From Candidatus Bathyarchaeota archaeon (GTDB taxonomy: Archaea > Thermoproteota > Bathyarchaeia > Bathyarchaeales > Bathycorpusculaceae), in assembly GCA_963739305.1 (NCBI GenBank), contig CAVTZU010000032.1:1-64000 (forward strand): a stretch of 64,000 nt of DNA. Direction: 5' to 3'. The position numbers and the translations under genes were made by a program. Within the stretch, counting starts at the first letter, position 1. Each line of letters begins with the position of its first letter. The notes beneath the pieces were generated by a model. That model was not told the origin of the DNA. It worked only from the letters and a program-made list of their open reading frames with translations, and searched no databases. Positions 29,721-39,630 of the stretch are shown here, piece by piece.

Positions 29721-29849
29721 CTATGCACTTGGTTTTATTTCTCCTTTGAAAACTCGGTAGCACCTTTCTGAGCAGAAGCCTTGAAAATCATTGTCTGGCA
29801 TGAACAGTTTTCCACAAGCTTTACACTTCTGCTTAGTCCTTTCCTGCAT
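29721..29849 (-). CDS. 42-aa TRASH/DUF2116-like zinc-finger protein (below the ORF-track cutoff)
   Basis: MQERTKQKCKACGKLFMPDNDFQGFCSERCYRVFKGEIKPSA; CxxC..FCSxxC; purine-rich SD-like stretch upstream. Confidence 0.7.
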   Translation of the reverse strand: MQERTKQKCKACGKLFMPDNDFQGFCSERCYRVFKGEIKPSA

Positions 29850-30091
29850 TCACTTCTTCCCCTAATCAGAATGTCATCTTGACTGGTTAAATGTTTAACC
29901 GCGCGCGCATACCAGTCACGTAATGCTTTATACGAGTTCGAGACTACTTATGATATGGCAGCGTTTAGCGGGTTTCTTAGTGTCAAATCCCTCTTTTCCA
30001 TGAATTCGCCGCAATATGGGCGCGGGCTAAGATCTGCTAGATTCTGCTTTTAGAAGAAGGATGAAAAACACAAGATGGATGGAGGTGAAAA

Positions 30092-30751
30092 GTGTTGAGA
30101 TATAAGTATCCTATCGAGTATGAATTGAACCCTACGGAGATGAATAAAGGAAAGCAATGGCTAACATTGACACTGAAAAACATCGGAAATAAAACTCTTA
30201 AAAGACTTGACGTGGAATTTCACTCTCTAGATACCTTTTATCTTTCTCCTTTATTCTTTCCTTTTGGAATAGGACACTACATCGGAGAGCTTCAGCCAGA
30301 AGAAGAGAGAGAAGTGGTTTTCCAAGTGAACGCACAAGGAGCAGGTGATGTATACGCCACTATCAGTGCACGTAGGGATGGCGAATACTTCTCGTGGGAA
30401 TCCGGTTGGACGCATATCTCTGTAAGCGAGGAAAAAGCAGAAATCGGTCGCCTAGTAGTGCTTTCACATCCGTATACGCCAATAGGAAAGACCCTCTCGG
30501 CCGAGGCAACCATTAAGGGCTTGAGAAAAAGTACGGGACTGAAACTAGAATTCTGGGTGGAAACCCCCTCAGGAAAGTTTGAAGAGCAGGCCACAATAGA
30601 TATAAAGGAACTTTCCGTTGGAGAGGAAGCCCGTTACTCCGCTGAGTTCACACCCAAGGAAGTGGGGGCCTACAACATATTCGCGTATTTATACGATGGA
30701 TGGAGAAAAATAGGTCACAAGGCAGATTCCATCTATGCGCAGAAAACATAG
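30092..30751 (+). CDS. Hypothetical protein, possibly two Ig-like (CARDB-like) domains
   Basis: GGAGGTGA SD; LTLKNIG and IGELQPEEEREVVF pattern; no signal peptide. Confidence 0.75.
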   Translation: MLRYKYPIEYELNPTEMNKGKQWLTLTLKNIGNKTLKRLDVEFHSLDTFYLSPLFFPFGIGHYIGELQPEEEREVVFQVNAQGAGDVYATISARRDGEYFSWESGWTHISVSEEKAEIGRLVVLSHPYTPIGKTLSAEATIKGLRKSTGLKLEFWVETPSGKFEEQATIDIKELSVGEEARYSAEFTPKEVGAYNIFAYLYDGWRKIGHKADSIYAQKT

Positions 30752-30970
30752 CAATCACCAAGCCGACTTGGAAATTTCCAACTCCCCTTTTTTGCAAAGA
30801 GCGCAGGCGGATTAAGTAATTGCCGTTTATGTTTGGAGAGTCCGACCTCGTCTTGTTGATGCAGATGCAGAGGTCAGGTTCTTCCACGCTCCTATTCAAG
30901 GACTTAGATTTAAGTCCTATTCGCTCCATCCTTTGAAAGGACTTCCACGTAGCACGCGCGCTGTTCATGA

Positions 30971-31318
30971 TTATGTTGATTTTAGTGAAACCAATTCGAA
31001 CTTGTATAAGGTCCCGTACCCTCCAGATTGCTTCATTCGTTCTATCCCTTCACGAATACCTCCAGTTGTCTTTGCAATCTTAGACCATTCTTCTTTTATT
31101 TCGGGGATCAATTTGGACGTGTAAACCTTGAATGTCGCACGATACCAACTGTTGGTTTCTATTTCCTCCATTGAAATTCCTTCTGGAACATCCAGAATAA
31201 AGGGCATATTCATTTCTGAGTCAAACGCATTGATCTCTCGTTCCTCCTCAACCTTGTCCAGGACCCGAATTTTCTTAGTGACAGTAGTATTAAGCTTCCA
31301 TTCTGGTTTCTTGATCAT
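30971..31318 (-). CDS. Hypothetical protein
   Basis: 115-aa ORF with protein-like composition. Confidence 0.6.
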   Translation of the reverse strand: MIKKPEWKLNTTVTKKIRVLDKVEEEREINAFDSEMNMPFILDVPEGISMEEIETNSWYRATFKVYTSKLIPEIKEEWSKIAKTTGGIREGIERMKQSGGYGTLYKFELVSLKST

Positions 31319-31613
31319 AAATGCGGTCTCCGAATACAGGAAAGCGTGTTCTTTCGTATTAATCCTTTCACCATAGTTGTAGCCCGCGCTTCATCTCAGC
31401 ACTCACTCAGTGCGCGTGTGCGTTGTATGGGTAGGTATAGGTATAGGTAGTGGCATTGGCGTAGTGATTGAGAGTTTGAGTGATTGGAGAGCGAGTGACA
31501 GTGGCAGTGGTTGGTTGGGTAAAGTTTTATCCAAGGCACGCTTGCCAGAATTAATCGGCAATTCATCCGACATTTTAACATTTTCTCAGAAGATGAACGT
31601 GCTTCTCTGAGGA

Positions 31614-31886
31614 CTACTGTCTTTTTACAACTTCGAGAACGTTCAGTATCGAGTTTATCCATCTCAGGTAAGCGTTCAAGGATGCACGCAATGCCACAGT
31701 ATCTTCAGCTTCGATAGTAACGACTAGGAAATTGTATTCCCTTTTCAAAGTTGTTCTTGCACGGTGAGAAGTGGGGGTTTTTGCTTCAGGATTAAGCGAA
31801 TTGAGGACTATCTGGAGCTGTTCTTCAGTGGCAAATTTCAGTCGCACTTCTGCCTTTGCTTTCGTTCTTGAGCCTCCAGATTTCAT
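31614..31886 (-). CDS. pcc1: KEOPS complex subunit Pcc1
   Basis: SLNPE and IEAEDTVALRASLNAYLRWI. Confidence 0.9.
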   Translation of the reverse strand: MKSGGSRTKAKAEVRLKFATEEQLQIVLNSLNPEAKTPTSHRARTTLKREYNFLVVTIEAEDTVALRASLNAYLRWINSILNVLEVVKRQ

Positions 31887-31937
31887 AGAAATCAAGGAGG
31901 ATTCTTCTCTTCAGATGTTTTCAAAAAAAGGAGACGA

Positions 31938-32240
31938 TTAAGCGGTCTCTTCTGCTGCTTCTTCCTTAACCGCTTCTTCGACTGGTACCCCTTTGGCTGA
32001 GCGTTTGGCTATTACTCCAAGCTTTGTGACTGGAGTGTAGGCTCCACCAGTGTAGGTGAAGTCGCACTTCCGGCATTTCCAAACGCCGACGCTTTCTCTC
32101 TTGACCCTTGGAAGGCCACATCGTGGGCATCGGTGTGGCTTCTTCATTTCTGTCATCACTTTTATGTAGCGTTTTCTTACTGTTGAGCCGTAGCGCGGTC
32201 CTAGACCTCGGGCTAGCCCGACTTTCTTCGTTCTCGGCAT
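31938..32240 (-). CDS. rpl37ae: 50S ribosomal protein L37ae
   Basis: GPRYGSTVRK, CPRC, GVWKCRKC and GGAYTP. Confidence 0.96.
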   Translation of the reverse strand: MPRTKKVGLARGLGPRYGSTVRKRYIKVMTEMKKPHRCPRCGLPRVKRESVGVWKCRKCDFTYTGGAYTPVTKLGVIAKRSAKGVPVEEAVKEEAAEETA

Positions 32241-32247
32241 CTGGTTT

Positions 32248-33039
32248 TCACCAATTCAGTTTCTTGCGCAGTTCTTTGGCTTTTTCTTTGGCTATTTTTG
32301 CTGCTTCTATTATCTGTTGAGGTTCGAAATATCCGCTGCCGCCTTTTTGTATCGCGCATATGTTGCCGTCGTCATCGATGGCGAAGGAAATTCTCGCATC
32401 CATTACCTGTTCTTCTTCTGCATTCGGGTCTACGAGGAGCTTGTCCCCGATCTTGGCGGTGGTAATGGTTATTGGATGCTTTCTGATTGGAAGCTGCTCG
32501 TAGCCTGGTTTGATTTTGAGTTCGCCATCCTTAATTTCGTAGTTGGCCATTTTCGTGTTTACCAGGGCAGACATTGCAGCTAGTGCGGAAGCGTCGATCA
32601 GGTTCCCGTCGTGATTAAGCACCCAAAGGTCAATGAAAACGACAAACACTTTCTTTCCGGCTTCAATGACTAGTTTCTCGGTGTTGATTGCCTTTGACTC
32701 TCTGATCCCCCTGTCAACGATCCTCGCAAGCTCGATTGAGTCCTCGTCGGGTGGTCCTGCCTCAAAATCCGGTGAGGCAATTGGTGTGAGTTCCGCGTTC
32801 ACTGTCATGACACCGTCGTTAGGAGTGTCCGGGAACGGTTCTCCAGTTTCGACTTTGACGCCGACGACTACCTCCGTCTTTCCCAGGAGCACACGTGCCG
32901 AGCCTTCTGCTTTTTCAATCAGGCCTTGTTCGATCTTCATTTCGCGATAGTCTTTCATGCCTCTTCCGTCGCCTCTCTTTTCGCTAGCAATCAACTGTGC
33001 AATCTGTTTCTGCTTGACACGCGTGATTATTGATGCCAT
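32248..33039 (-). CDS. rrp42: Exosome complex component Rrp42
   Basis: RGDGR, AEGSA, PFPDTP and ELARIVDRGIRES. Confidence 0.96.
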   Translation of the reverse strand: MASIITRVKQKQIAQLIASEKRGDGRGMKDYREMKIEQGLIEKAEGSARVLLGKTEVVVGVKVETGEPFPDTPNDGVMTVNAELTPIASPDFEAGPPDEDSIELARIVDRGIRESKAINTEKLVIEAGKKVFVVFIDLWVLNHDGNLIDASALAAMSALVNTKMANYEIKDGELKIKPGYEQLPIRKHPITITTAKIGDKLLVDPNAEEEQVMDARISFAIDDDGNICAIQKGGSGYFEPQQIIEAAKIAKEKAKELRKKLNW

Positions 33040-33794
33040 TATTCTTCAGCCTCCTCTTCTTCCGTGTTCTCCTCACTCACATTCACATATTTCGTCTTCA
33101 ATGCCTCCTTCTGCATGACATAGATTTTCTTGCATCCTTCTAGTGCCAGATTGACGGTACTTTCGAACTCTTCTTGCGTAAGTGTTCCGTCCATCTGGAG
33201 CAGGGTGACTGCATTCAAGTTTGGCATTAGAGCCACTGGAACATCCGCCGAGCCTAATTTGTCTTCGGTGTCCATGAGGTCAAGTACTATTGTATCGTCC
33301 ACCTTTCCAGCGGCGCATGCTACGACCAGGTCTCTCATAGGAACACCTGAATCCGCCAGGGCTAACGCAGCTGCTGTTATGGCTGCGCATCTCGTTCCTC
33401 CGTCCGCTTGAAGCACTTCGATGAATACGTCTATCATCGTGCGTGGGTAATACTCCAGAAACACCGCAGGTTCAAGCGACTCCTTTATCACCTTTGAAAG
33501 CTCAATCTCTCTTCTTGATGGCGCGGGTGATTTGCGCTCTTGAACCGAGAACGGCGCCATGTGGTAGCGGCATTTCAAAACTGCCCGATCCTGAAGTGAT
33601 AAGTGTTTAGGATGCACTTCTCTTGGACCGTACACGCCTGCCAGAATCTTGTTTTTGCCGTGTTCAATATAGGCTGAACCATCAGCGTTCGGAATGACGC
33701 CTACTTCCAGTTTCAAGGACCTCAGCTCTTCTGGTTTTCGTCCGTCCAGTCTTAGGCCCTTTTTGTCGATCAATTTTTCAGGTTTATCGTTCAT
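33039..33794 (-). CDS. rrp41: Exosome complex exonuclease Rrp41
   Basis: [18 protein letters not shown] and QADGGTR. Confidence 0.97.
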   Translation of the reverse strand: MNDKPEKLIDKKGLRLDGRKPEELRSLKLEVGVIPNADGSAYIEHGKNKILAGVYGPREVHPKHLSLQDRAVLKCRYHMAPFSVQERKSPAPSRREIELSKVIKESLEPAVFLEYYPRTMIDVFIEVLQADGGTRCAAITAAALALADSGVPMRDLVVACAAGKVDDTIVLDLMDTEDKLGSADVPVALMPNLNAVTLLQMDGTLTQEEFESTVNLALEGCKKIYVMQKEALKTKYVNVSEENTEEEEAEE

Positions 33795-34498
33795 TTCTTG
33801 TTTTCCTCCTTTTTGGATTTTTCTTCTTTAAGCATTTGGGTTATGCGATCTGTTAGACCGCTTGTATGAGACTCCTGTTCTATCTTCAAAATGGCTTCCA
33901 TCGCCAATTGCTCGTCTTCTAGGCTTTTCCCTGTGATGAGGACGACTCCGTTAAGTCCGAGGATTATGTTGCATCCCGTTTCTTGTTTTATCATTGATAT
34001 CATTGAGCCTTTTCTTCCTATTACGCGGGGGATTTTTGTTGGTGTTATGTTCACTATCTGTCCTCGAGTGATTTTTCCAAGTCCTGGTTCTGCGACTGTG
34101 AGCTGAGGGTCATGCGTCCTGTCGTAGGAGACAACTTTTGCAACTATCAGGTCTCCTGCATCGAGAACCTGAGGCAAATCGTCCTTCTGCGGCTTGAAAG
34201 GTCTGCTAAGGACGTCTGAGGCTCTCAACAGGCCGATATATGGTGAGTTGATGTCGACTGTCCATCCGTTGAATCCGACTTCAGTTATGGTTCCTATGAT
34301 TATGTCTCCGGTTCTTGGAACGTAAAAGGCTTTGAGTGCGACCACGTCGATTTTCTTGGTCTCATATTCAACTATTCCGACGCGGGCCGCGTAGATCTTG
34401 TCCTTCTCCTTGAACGTGTTTTCTCCGGCGATGTATTCGCCTTCTGCGATAAGGTCTCCAGGAGTCACGAGTTGTCTTCTTTCCAGAAGTATTGGCAT
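33791..34498 (-). CDS. rrp4: Exosome complex RNA-binding protein Rrp4
   Basis: VTPGD, S1 domain and KH motif [12 protein letters not shown]. Confidence 0.95.
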   Translation of the reverse strand: MPILLERRQLVTPGDLIAEGEYIAGENTFKEKDKIYAARVGIVEYETKKIDVVALKAFYVPRTGDIIIGTITEVGFNGWTVDINSPYIGLLRASDVLSRPFKPQKDDLPQVLDAGDLIVAKVVSYDRTHDPQLTVAEPGLGKITRGQIVNITPTKIPRVIGRKGSMISMIKQETGCNIILGLNGVVLITGKSLEDEQLAMEAILKIEQESHTSGLTDRITQMLKEEKSKKEENKK

Positions 34499-34528
34499 TT
34501 TCTTACACCTTTTCTTTCATAAAACCCT

Positions 34529-35218
34529 TCAATGGGTTATTTTCGCTTCCCCGGTTCCTTTGGTTATTTCTCCAAGTTTCTCTAGGAACGGGGCATAGGA
34601 TCCTGCGGGCATTTCTAGAACGCCGTACCATGAACCATCAGCACGCCACTCTTCTCGTTTGATCGTTCCAAAACTCTTGATGGATCCGTAAGCTTTAACC
34701 GAGTAGGTTGAGGGTATGGTTACGTCAAGCGCTACTTGTTCCATTTTTAGGGGCAGTATAATTCGTAACGCTTTGATTATTTCCTTTGCCTGCTCCTCGA
34801 CCGGTTTGAAGGGATCTATCGAGTAGCGAATCTGTTCCATCGCGTTTTCTATTCGTGTCGGCGGGTGGGGAAGGTTTGTTTTGGGATCGACGCTTTGCCT
34901 TGAGATGAAGTCGATGATTTGTTTCCTCTTGTCTTCGGTCATTTTTCTTCGTTGTTCAGTTGTGAGTTGAAGTGTTCCCTTGGTCAGTATAGCTTCTGCT
35001 ATTTTCAAGGAGTCTGTCGTTCCGAACGCTTTGCGGAGGTTCTCTTCAGACGCTCTCGTACCTTTGTTAGCGTCTGAGTAAATGGTTTCTGCTGCAAGAA
35101 CTTCAGTTATTCCTGATACTTTGCCCATGCGGTAGTCTAAGGCTTTTTGGGGTTTGACAAGAACTTCGAAGTGTTCGTTGTCTTTGGTCATGCGTGCAAC
35201 GGTGTACTTATCGCTCAT
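34529..35218 (-). CDS. sdo1: Ribosome maturation protein SBDS/Sdo1
   Basis: [13 protein letters not shown] and [14 protein letters not shown]. Confidence 0.95.
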   Translation of the reverse strand: MSDKYTVARMTKDNEHFEVLVKPQKALDYRMGKVSGITEVLAAETIYSDANKGTRASEENLRKAFGTTDSLKIAEAILTKGTLQLTTEQRRKMTEDKRKQIIDFISRQSVDPKTNLPHPPTRIENAMEQIRYSIDPFKPVEEQAKEIIKALRIILPLKMEQVALDVTIPSTYSVKAYGSIKSFGTIKREEWRADGSWYGVLEMPAGSYAPFLEKLGEITKGTGEAKITH

Positions 35219-35225
35219 CGAGTTG

Positions 35226-35954
35226 TCACTTGCCCACGCCCAGGTCCTTCATAATGGCTTCGACTTTTTCGTCGCTGAGTATCTCCATTTTCTTCGTGTC
35301 TGTCGGTATCACTGCCACTTTGATTCTAGGCGGTAGTTGTCTTGCCTCTAGAGCCTTCATAAGGCACTTGACGACGAGTTTGGTGGCGTCTTTGAGTCCC
35401 ATCTCTTCTTTGTACTCTTCTTTGAGTATGTTGAACACTGTTTCTCTTCCTGCGCCTTCTGCTCTCGCTTTGTATCCTCTGTAGGTGCCGCTTGGGTGGG
35501 TTCCGAAAACACGGCTTCCTGTTTTGTCTACTCCCGCGAATATCATGGACACTCCGAACGGTCTTACGCCTGCATGTTGGGTGTACAGTTGTTTGATGTC
35601 GCAAATTCTTTTGGTTACGACTTCTGTGTCGATCGGTTCGTCATACGTTAGCTTGTTCGACTGAGCGTGCACTCTTGCCTGGTCTATTAGTATCCGTGCG
35701 TCTGAGCTTAACCCCACGATGGCTGCGCCGACGTGTTCGTCTATCCTGAAGATTTTCCATGAGTACTCTGATTCTTCGAGGGGATCGACGGTTTCCTCTG
35801 CGCCAATGAGAACTCCTCCTGAGCAGCGGATTGCTAGGATTGTTGCTCCGCGATTTACTAGTTCCATCGCGTATTCAACTTGAAAAAGTCGGCCGTCAGG
35901 CGAAAAAACAGTTATTGCGCGATCATAAGCGCCTGGTGCTGCAAATACGGACAT
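35226..35954 (-). CDS. psmA: Proteasome subunit alpha
   Basis: [20 protein letters not shown] and RPFGVS. Confidence 0.97.
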   Translation of the reverse strand: MSVFAAPGAYDRAITVFSPDGRLFQVEYAMELVNRGATILAIRCSGGVLIGAEETVDPLEESEYSWKIFRIDEHVGAAIVGLSSDARILIDQARVHAQSNKLTYDEPIDTEVVTKRICDIKQLYTQHAGVRPFGVSMIFAGVDKTGSRVFGTHPSGTYRGYKARAEGAGRETVFNILKEEYKEEMGLKDATKLVVKCLMKALEARQLPPRIKVAVIPTDTKKMEILSDEKVEAIMKDLGVGK

Positions 35955-36160
35955 TCATTCATTCCTCACAGTGTATCCTAATCTTTTGCAGTCTTTCATA
36001 TGACAACTTGACTAAAAACCTTTCCTATCGTCGTTCTAGACTTTGCTGTAGGCGACGAGCTGTGTTTTCCGACGAGTGATTTTACTAATTTGAAGAGCAT
36101 GTGGGCCTTTAGCGCGCGCGGTCAAAGTAGAATGTGTTCAGCGCGCAGGGAAGGGACAGC

Positions 36161-37387
36161 CTATTCCTTCCATTCCAACAGTCTCCTTTCGCCTTCAATC
36201 TTTTTGATGTCCGTCAAGTCCTGAGTGACTTCTAAAGTTCCCAGATACTTTTTGTGCTGATCTCTGACCGCAAAGTATCTGATGTGAACCAATCTGCCGC
36301 TCATTGTGATCCAGAATTCAGCCGAATCCTTCTTGCCCGACTTGAAAGCGTCTATGATCTTGGTTACGATGTGAACGCTCTTCTGGGGATGACACAATTG
36401 TACCTTCCGGCCGATTACCGCTTTTGTGCGGACGAAGATTCTCTTCTCTGCTTTGTTGAAGTACTTCACGCTGTCGCTTCTGTCGACGAATGAGATGTCA
36501 ATCGGAAGTGCGTCTAGAACGCCTTCAACCTCTTCTTTTGAGAGACTCCCGGTTTCGAACTTCAATGTTTCTCCACCTTCAATGGCCGCTTTGGTTCCTT
36601 GTTTTTCGGTTTCCATTTCTACGGTGGCCGCAGGAGGTGTAAAACAGCAGTATCCGATTTCATCAAATTCTTTTCGTGCCTCTACCCAATCTTCGACAGA
36701 GGCAACTTCAAGCGTTGCAGGGAATAGTATGTTGTTTTCTTTGTAGAAGTGTGTTGGAAGCAAGCTGCACAATGGTTTTGCTGTCTCAGCCAACCTTTTC
36801 TTGAATTCTTCGAAAGTCATCGTGTTCCATTTCTCAACTAGGCCCGTAAATTTCCTCTTAACTTCCCTTATCTGATCGTGTTCCATCCACATTATTGCTG
36901 GGGGCTCGGTTATTCCATGTTTTTCTGCTATAGGGAACAGTACATTCTCTTCCCGCAAATAGTGCTTTTCTGAATCTTGAAAATCCTTCGCGATGTTCTG
37001 AAGCTCAGTCATTACGTCTCCAACGTAAACTGAGTCGCATGCTTCTTCGACTATGCCCACGAATTCTTCGAGTTTCTCGGCGCGTTCAAGCATTATCCTG
37101 TGTTCTTCAACGAGGATACTGACAGGGTGTCCATGCGGAAGATGCAGCTCTTGCTCCTGTAGCTGTTCAGCAAAGATGGCCATGTGAACGTTGCAGAGTT
37201 TCTGGAGTTCTTCTCGGGGCATTCCCTCCTTAACGAGTTCCTGTTCAGCTTTGACTATGTCGTCGGAGGTCACATCCTTGAGAGCATCTTTGAACTTCTC
37301 CTTCACTTCTTCTGGCGCGGCGCCGTCAGGCAATTGCTTGATTATTTCTTTCAGCAGTTTTTTCTTCGCTTCGTCCATTCCGCCCAT
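36161..37387 (-). CDS. DUF438 + hemerythrin-like + PAS domain protein
   Basis: AEQEL..LCNVH, HYLREENVLFP, MWMEHD, HFYKENNILFP and CHPQKS. Confidence 0.9.
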   Translation of the reverse strand: MGGMDEAKKKLLKEIIKQLPDGAAPEEVKEKFKDALKDVTSDDIVKAEQELVKEGMPREELQKLCNVHMAIFAEQLQEQELHLPHGHPVSILVEEHRIMLERAEKLEEFVGIVEEACDSVYVGDVMTELQNIAKDFQDSEKHYLREENVLFPIAEKHGITEPPAIMWMEHDQIREVKRKFTGLVEKWNTMTFEEFKKRLAETAKPLCSLLPTHFYKENNILFPATLEVASVEDWVEARKEFDEIGYCCFTPPAATVEMETEKQGTKAAIEGGETLKFETGSLSKEEVEGVLDALPIDISFVDRSDSVKYFNKAEKRIFVRTKAVIGRKVQLCHPQKSVHIVTKIIDAFKSGKKDSAEFWITMSGRLVHIRYFAVRDQHKKYLGTLEVTQDLTDIKKIEGERRLLEWKE

Positions 37388-37457
37388 TTTCTGTCGCCTT
37401 TTCTTGCAGAACAAACATCTGTCTTGCAACTATTAAAGTAATGGCAACCTGAATATT

Positions 37458-38645
37458 CTAACGTGCTTCTTTTATCTTCATTGCAAGAGTTTTTCCAAGA
37501 CTGGCTATTTTGTCAATGTCGGCTTCTGTTGGGGGTCCGTTGATTTCCATGGCTCCAACTATCTCCATTTTCGTCGGCCCCAGAGTTTCCTGAATATGCT
37601 TTATCGCTCCTCCACCCCAGCCGTATGAGCTGAGAACGATTGCGAACTTTGCTGGTGGGCGAAGAGCTTTGGCCAAGTATGCTGCGTACATTGCTAGCGG
37701 GTGTGCACCTGCAAGCACGGTCGGCGTGCCCAGGACTATCGCTCGTGCATCGACCAGGTCTTTTGCGATGTCGCCTATATCCGCAACGGTGAGGTTGTGT
37801 TTGGAGACCTCTATTCCCTCGGAAAGCAGGGTGTCTTCCATCGTTTTCATCATTTTTTCCGTGCTGTTCCACATTGTAGCGTAGATCAGTACAGCCTTCT
37901 GCATTGTCTCTCCATTTACCCATTTTCTGTAGGCGTTAAGAATGCGTTCTGGGTTTCGGTAAATTGGTCCGTGACTTGGTGCGATCAATTTGATTTCTAA
38001 ACTTTTTATTTTTTCCATTGCTTTCTGTCCGCTTGAACTGAACGGCATCATTATTTCGCCGTAATATCGTTGGGCAAATACAAGCAAATCCTCAATCTCA
38101 TCGTCGTACAATCCCTGCGCAACGTGTGCTCCAAAAAAGTCGCATGGAAATAATATCTTCTCTTCTACCAAGTACGTGAACATCGTTTCGGGCCAGTGAA
38201 GCATAGGCGCTTCAATGAATTTCAACGTTTTACCGCCAAGCTCGAGCGTTTCTCCGTCTGTCACTATTTTTATCCGGTCTTCGGGTACGTTGAAGAATCT
38301 TTGAGCCATTTTTGCCCCGCGGCTTGTGGTGACAAGTTTAGTCTTGCCATTAATTGCCATTATATGTGGGATCGAGCCTGCGTGATCAGGCTCAGCATGG
38401 TTCATTATTACATAGTCAACGTCTGCAGGATCCAGGACTCTGCTGATTTTCCCTTCCCATTCCTTTTCAAAGCCTGGGTTTGCCGTATCAACCAAGGCCT
38501 TTTTCTCGGATCCAACTATCAAGTATGAGTTGTAGGTCGTTCCTCTGGGGAGTGGAATTAGCGCGTCGAAGAGTCGTCTGTTCCAATCCCTGATTCCTAC
38601 CCAGTAGACGTCTTTGGAGATTTCTGCAATGTTTCTCCAATTCAT
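37458..38645 (-). CDS. fprA: Flavodiiron protein (FprA / A-type flavoprotein)
   Basis: TYNSY, NHAEPDH, HWPE, CDFFG and PSHG; flavodoxin-domain SYGWGGGA. Confidence 0.95.
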   Translation of the reverse strand: MNWRNIAEISKDVYWVGIRDWNRRLFDALIPLPRGTTYNSYLIVGSEKKALVDTANPGFEKEWEGKISRVLDPADVDYVIMNHAEPDHAGSIPHIMAINGKTKLVTTSRGAKMAQRFFNVPEDRIKIVTDGETLELGGKTLKFIEAPMLHWPETMFTYLVEEKILFPCDFFGAHVAQGLYDDEIEDLLVFAQRYYGEIMMPFSSSGQKAMEKIKSLEIKLIAPSHGPIYRNPERILNAYRKWVNGETMQKAVLIYATMWNSTEKMMKTMEDTLLSEGIEVSKHNLTVADIGDIAKDLVDARAIVLGTPTVLAGAHPLAMYAAYLAKALRPPAKFAIVLSSYGWGGGAIKHIQETLGPTKMEIVGAMEINGPPTEADIDKIASLGKTLAMKIKEAR

Positions 38646-38724
38646 TTTTCCACCTTCAAGGATATGACGATTGTAATAAAGTATATTTATGCCTTTCTGC
38701 CACTACTATGCAGGACGCGTGTCA

Positions 38725-39123
38725 ATGTCTGTTCCATGCGAGGTTGTGGTTAAGTGCGTTTTGCCAGTTGTGCGGGCGATGGTCGCTCGGGAGCTTATGG
38801 GCGCTCATGGCTTTCGACAGGTGGAAGCGGCTAGAGTTCTTGGCGTGAGTCAGCCCGCAATAAGCCTGTACAGCAGGAATATCAGGGGAAAAGCGATCGA
38901 TCTGGCGAATGATTGTGACATACCTGTTCTCATTGCTAGCATGGCTAGGTCGCTAGCTGACGGTAGTACTTCGCGGCGTGATGTTGTTCTGATGTATTGT
39001 GAGATTTGTAGGGTCATCAGGGCAAAAGGGTTGATGTGTGAACTGCATAAGGCATGCGACTCATCCGTCGAGGTTGAGAAGTGCAGACTTTGTTTGGAGA
39101 CCGGGCACGGAGAGTGTCCATAG
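38725..39123 (+). CDS. Cys-rich HTH transcriptional regulator
   Basis: PCE, LPVVRAMVARELM, QVEAARVLGVSQPAISLY, then CEIC, CELH and CRLC. Confidence 0.85.
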   Translation: MSVPCEVVVKCVLPVVRAMVARELMGAHGFRQVEAARVLGVSQPAISLYSRNIRGKAIDLANDCDIPVLIASMARSLADGSTSRRDVVLMYCEICRVIRAKGLMCELHKACDSSVEVEKCRLCLETGHGECP

Positions 39124-39160
39124 CTTCTGGCAACTCAATCTGCTATCAAGTTAAAATATT

Positions 39161-39542
39161 CTAGCCTTGGAAAAGCTCAATCCAAATTCCATCTGGGTCT
39201 TCGACATAGGCCCAGCAGCCACCCTTGGTTTTTATCTCCTTGATGATCCGACAGCCTGTCAGTTTGGCCTCTTTCAGGGCGTTGTTGAGGTTCTCAACTT
39301 TGAACGCTAGATGATCTAACCCTTCTCCAACGCTATACTTTTTCGCGTAGGGACTGCCTGGTTGATAGTAGTTCAATTCAAGTATGAATCCATTCTTTTC
39401 GCTTTGCAGACCCACAGTTTCTCCTTTTGTTTCCTTGATCTTTCCTCTTCCCAGCATAGTCATGCCCAACACTCTGGTGTAGAAATCGACTGACTTCTCA
39501 AGATTCGTTACTCTGATCCCGACATAGGCAAACTTCTCTCAT
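39161..39542 (-). CDS. VOC/glyoxalase family protein; ATG at 39542 is one base out of frame (apparent frameshift)
   Basis: The frame upstream of the track start reads EKFAYVGIRVTNLEKSVDFY; LDHLAF and EDPDGIWIEL; paralog of 523-972. Confidence 0.8.
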
Positions 39543-39630
39543 GATTATCAGGCCACTCTATTATTAGACGTGAATAAATGGCTGTCCTTGGGCGCGCGTG
39601 AATTTGAATTGGATTTCGCGAAGAATCGAC

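Noticed and set aside
31396-31662. ORFs over the hexamer tract (88 aa minus, 66 aa plus)
   Set aside because: Low-complexity translations that overlap or abut pcc1, with no supporting signals
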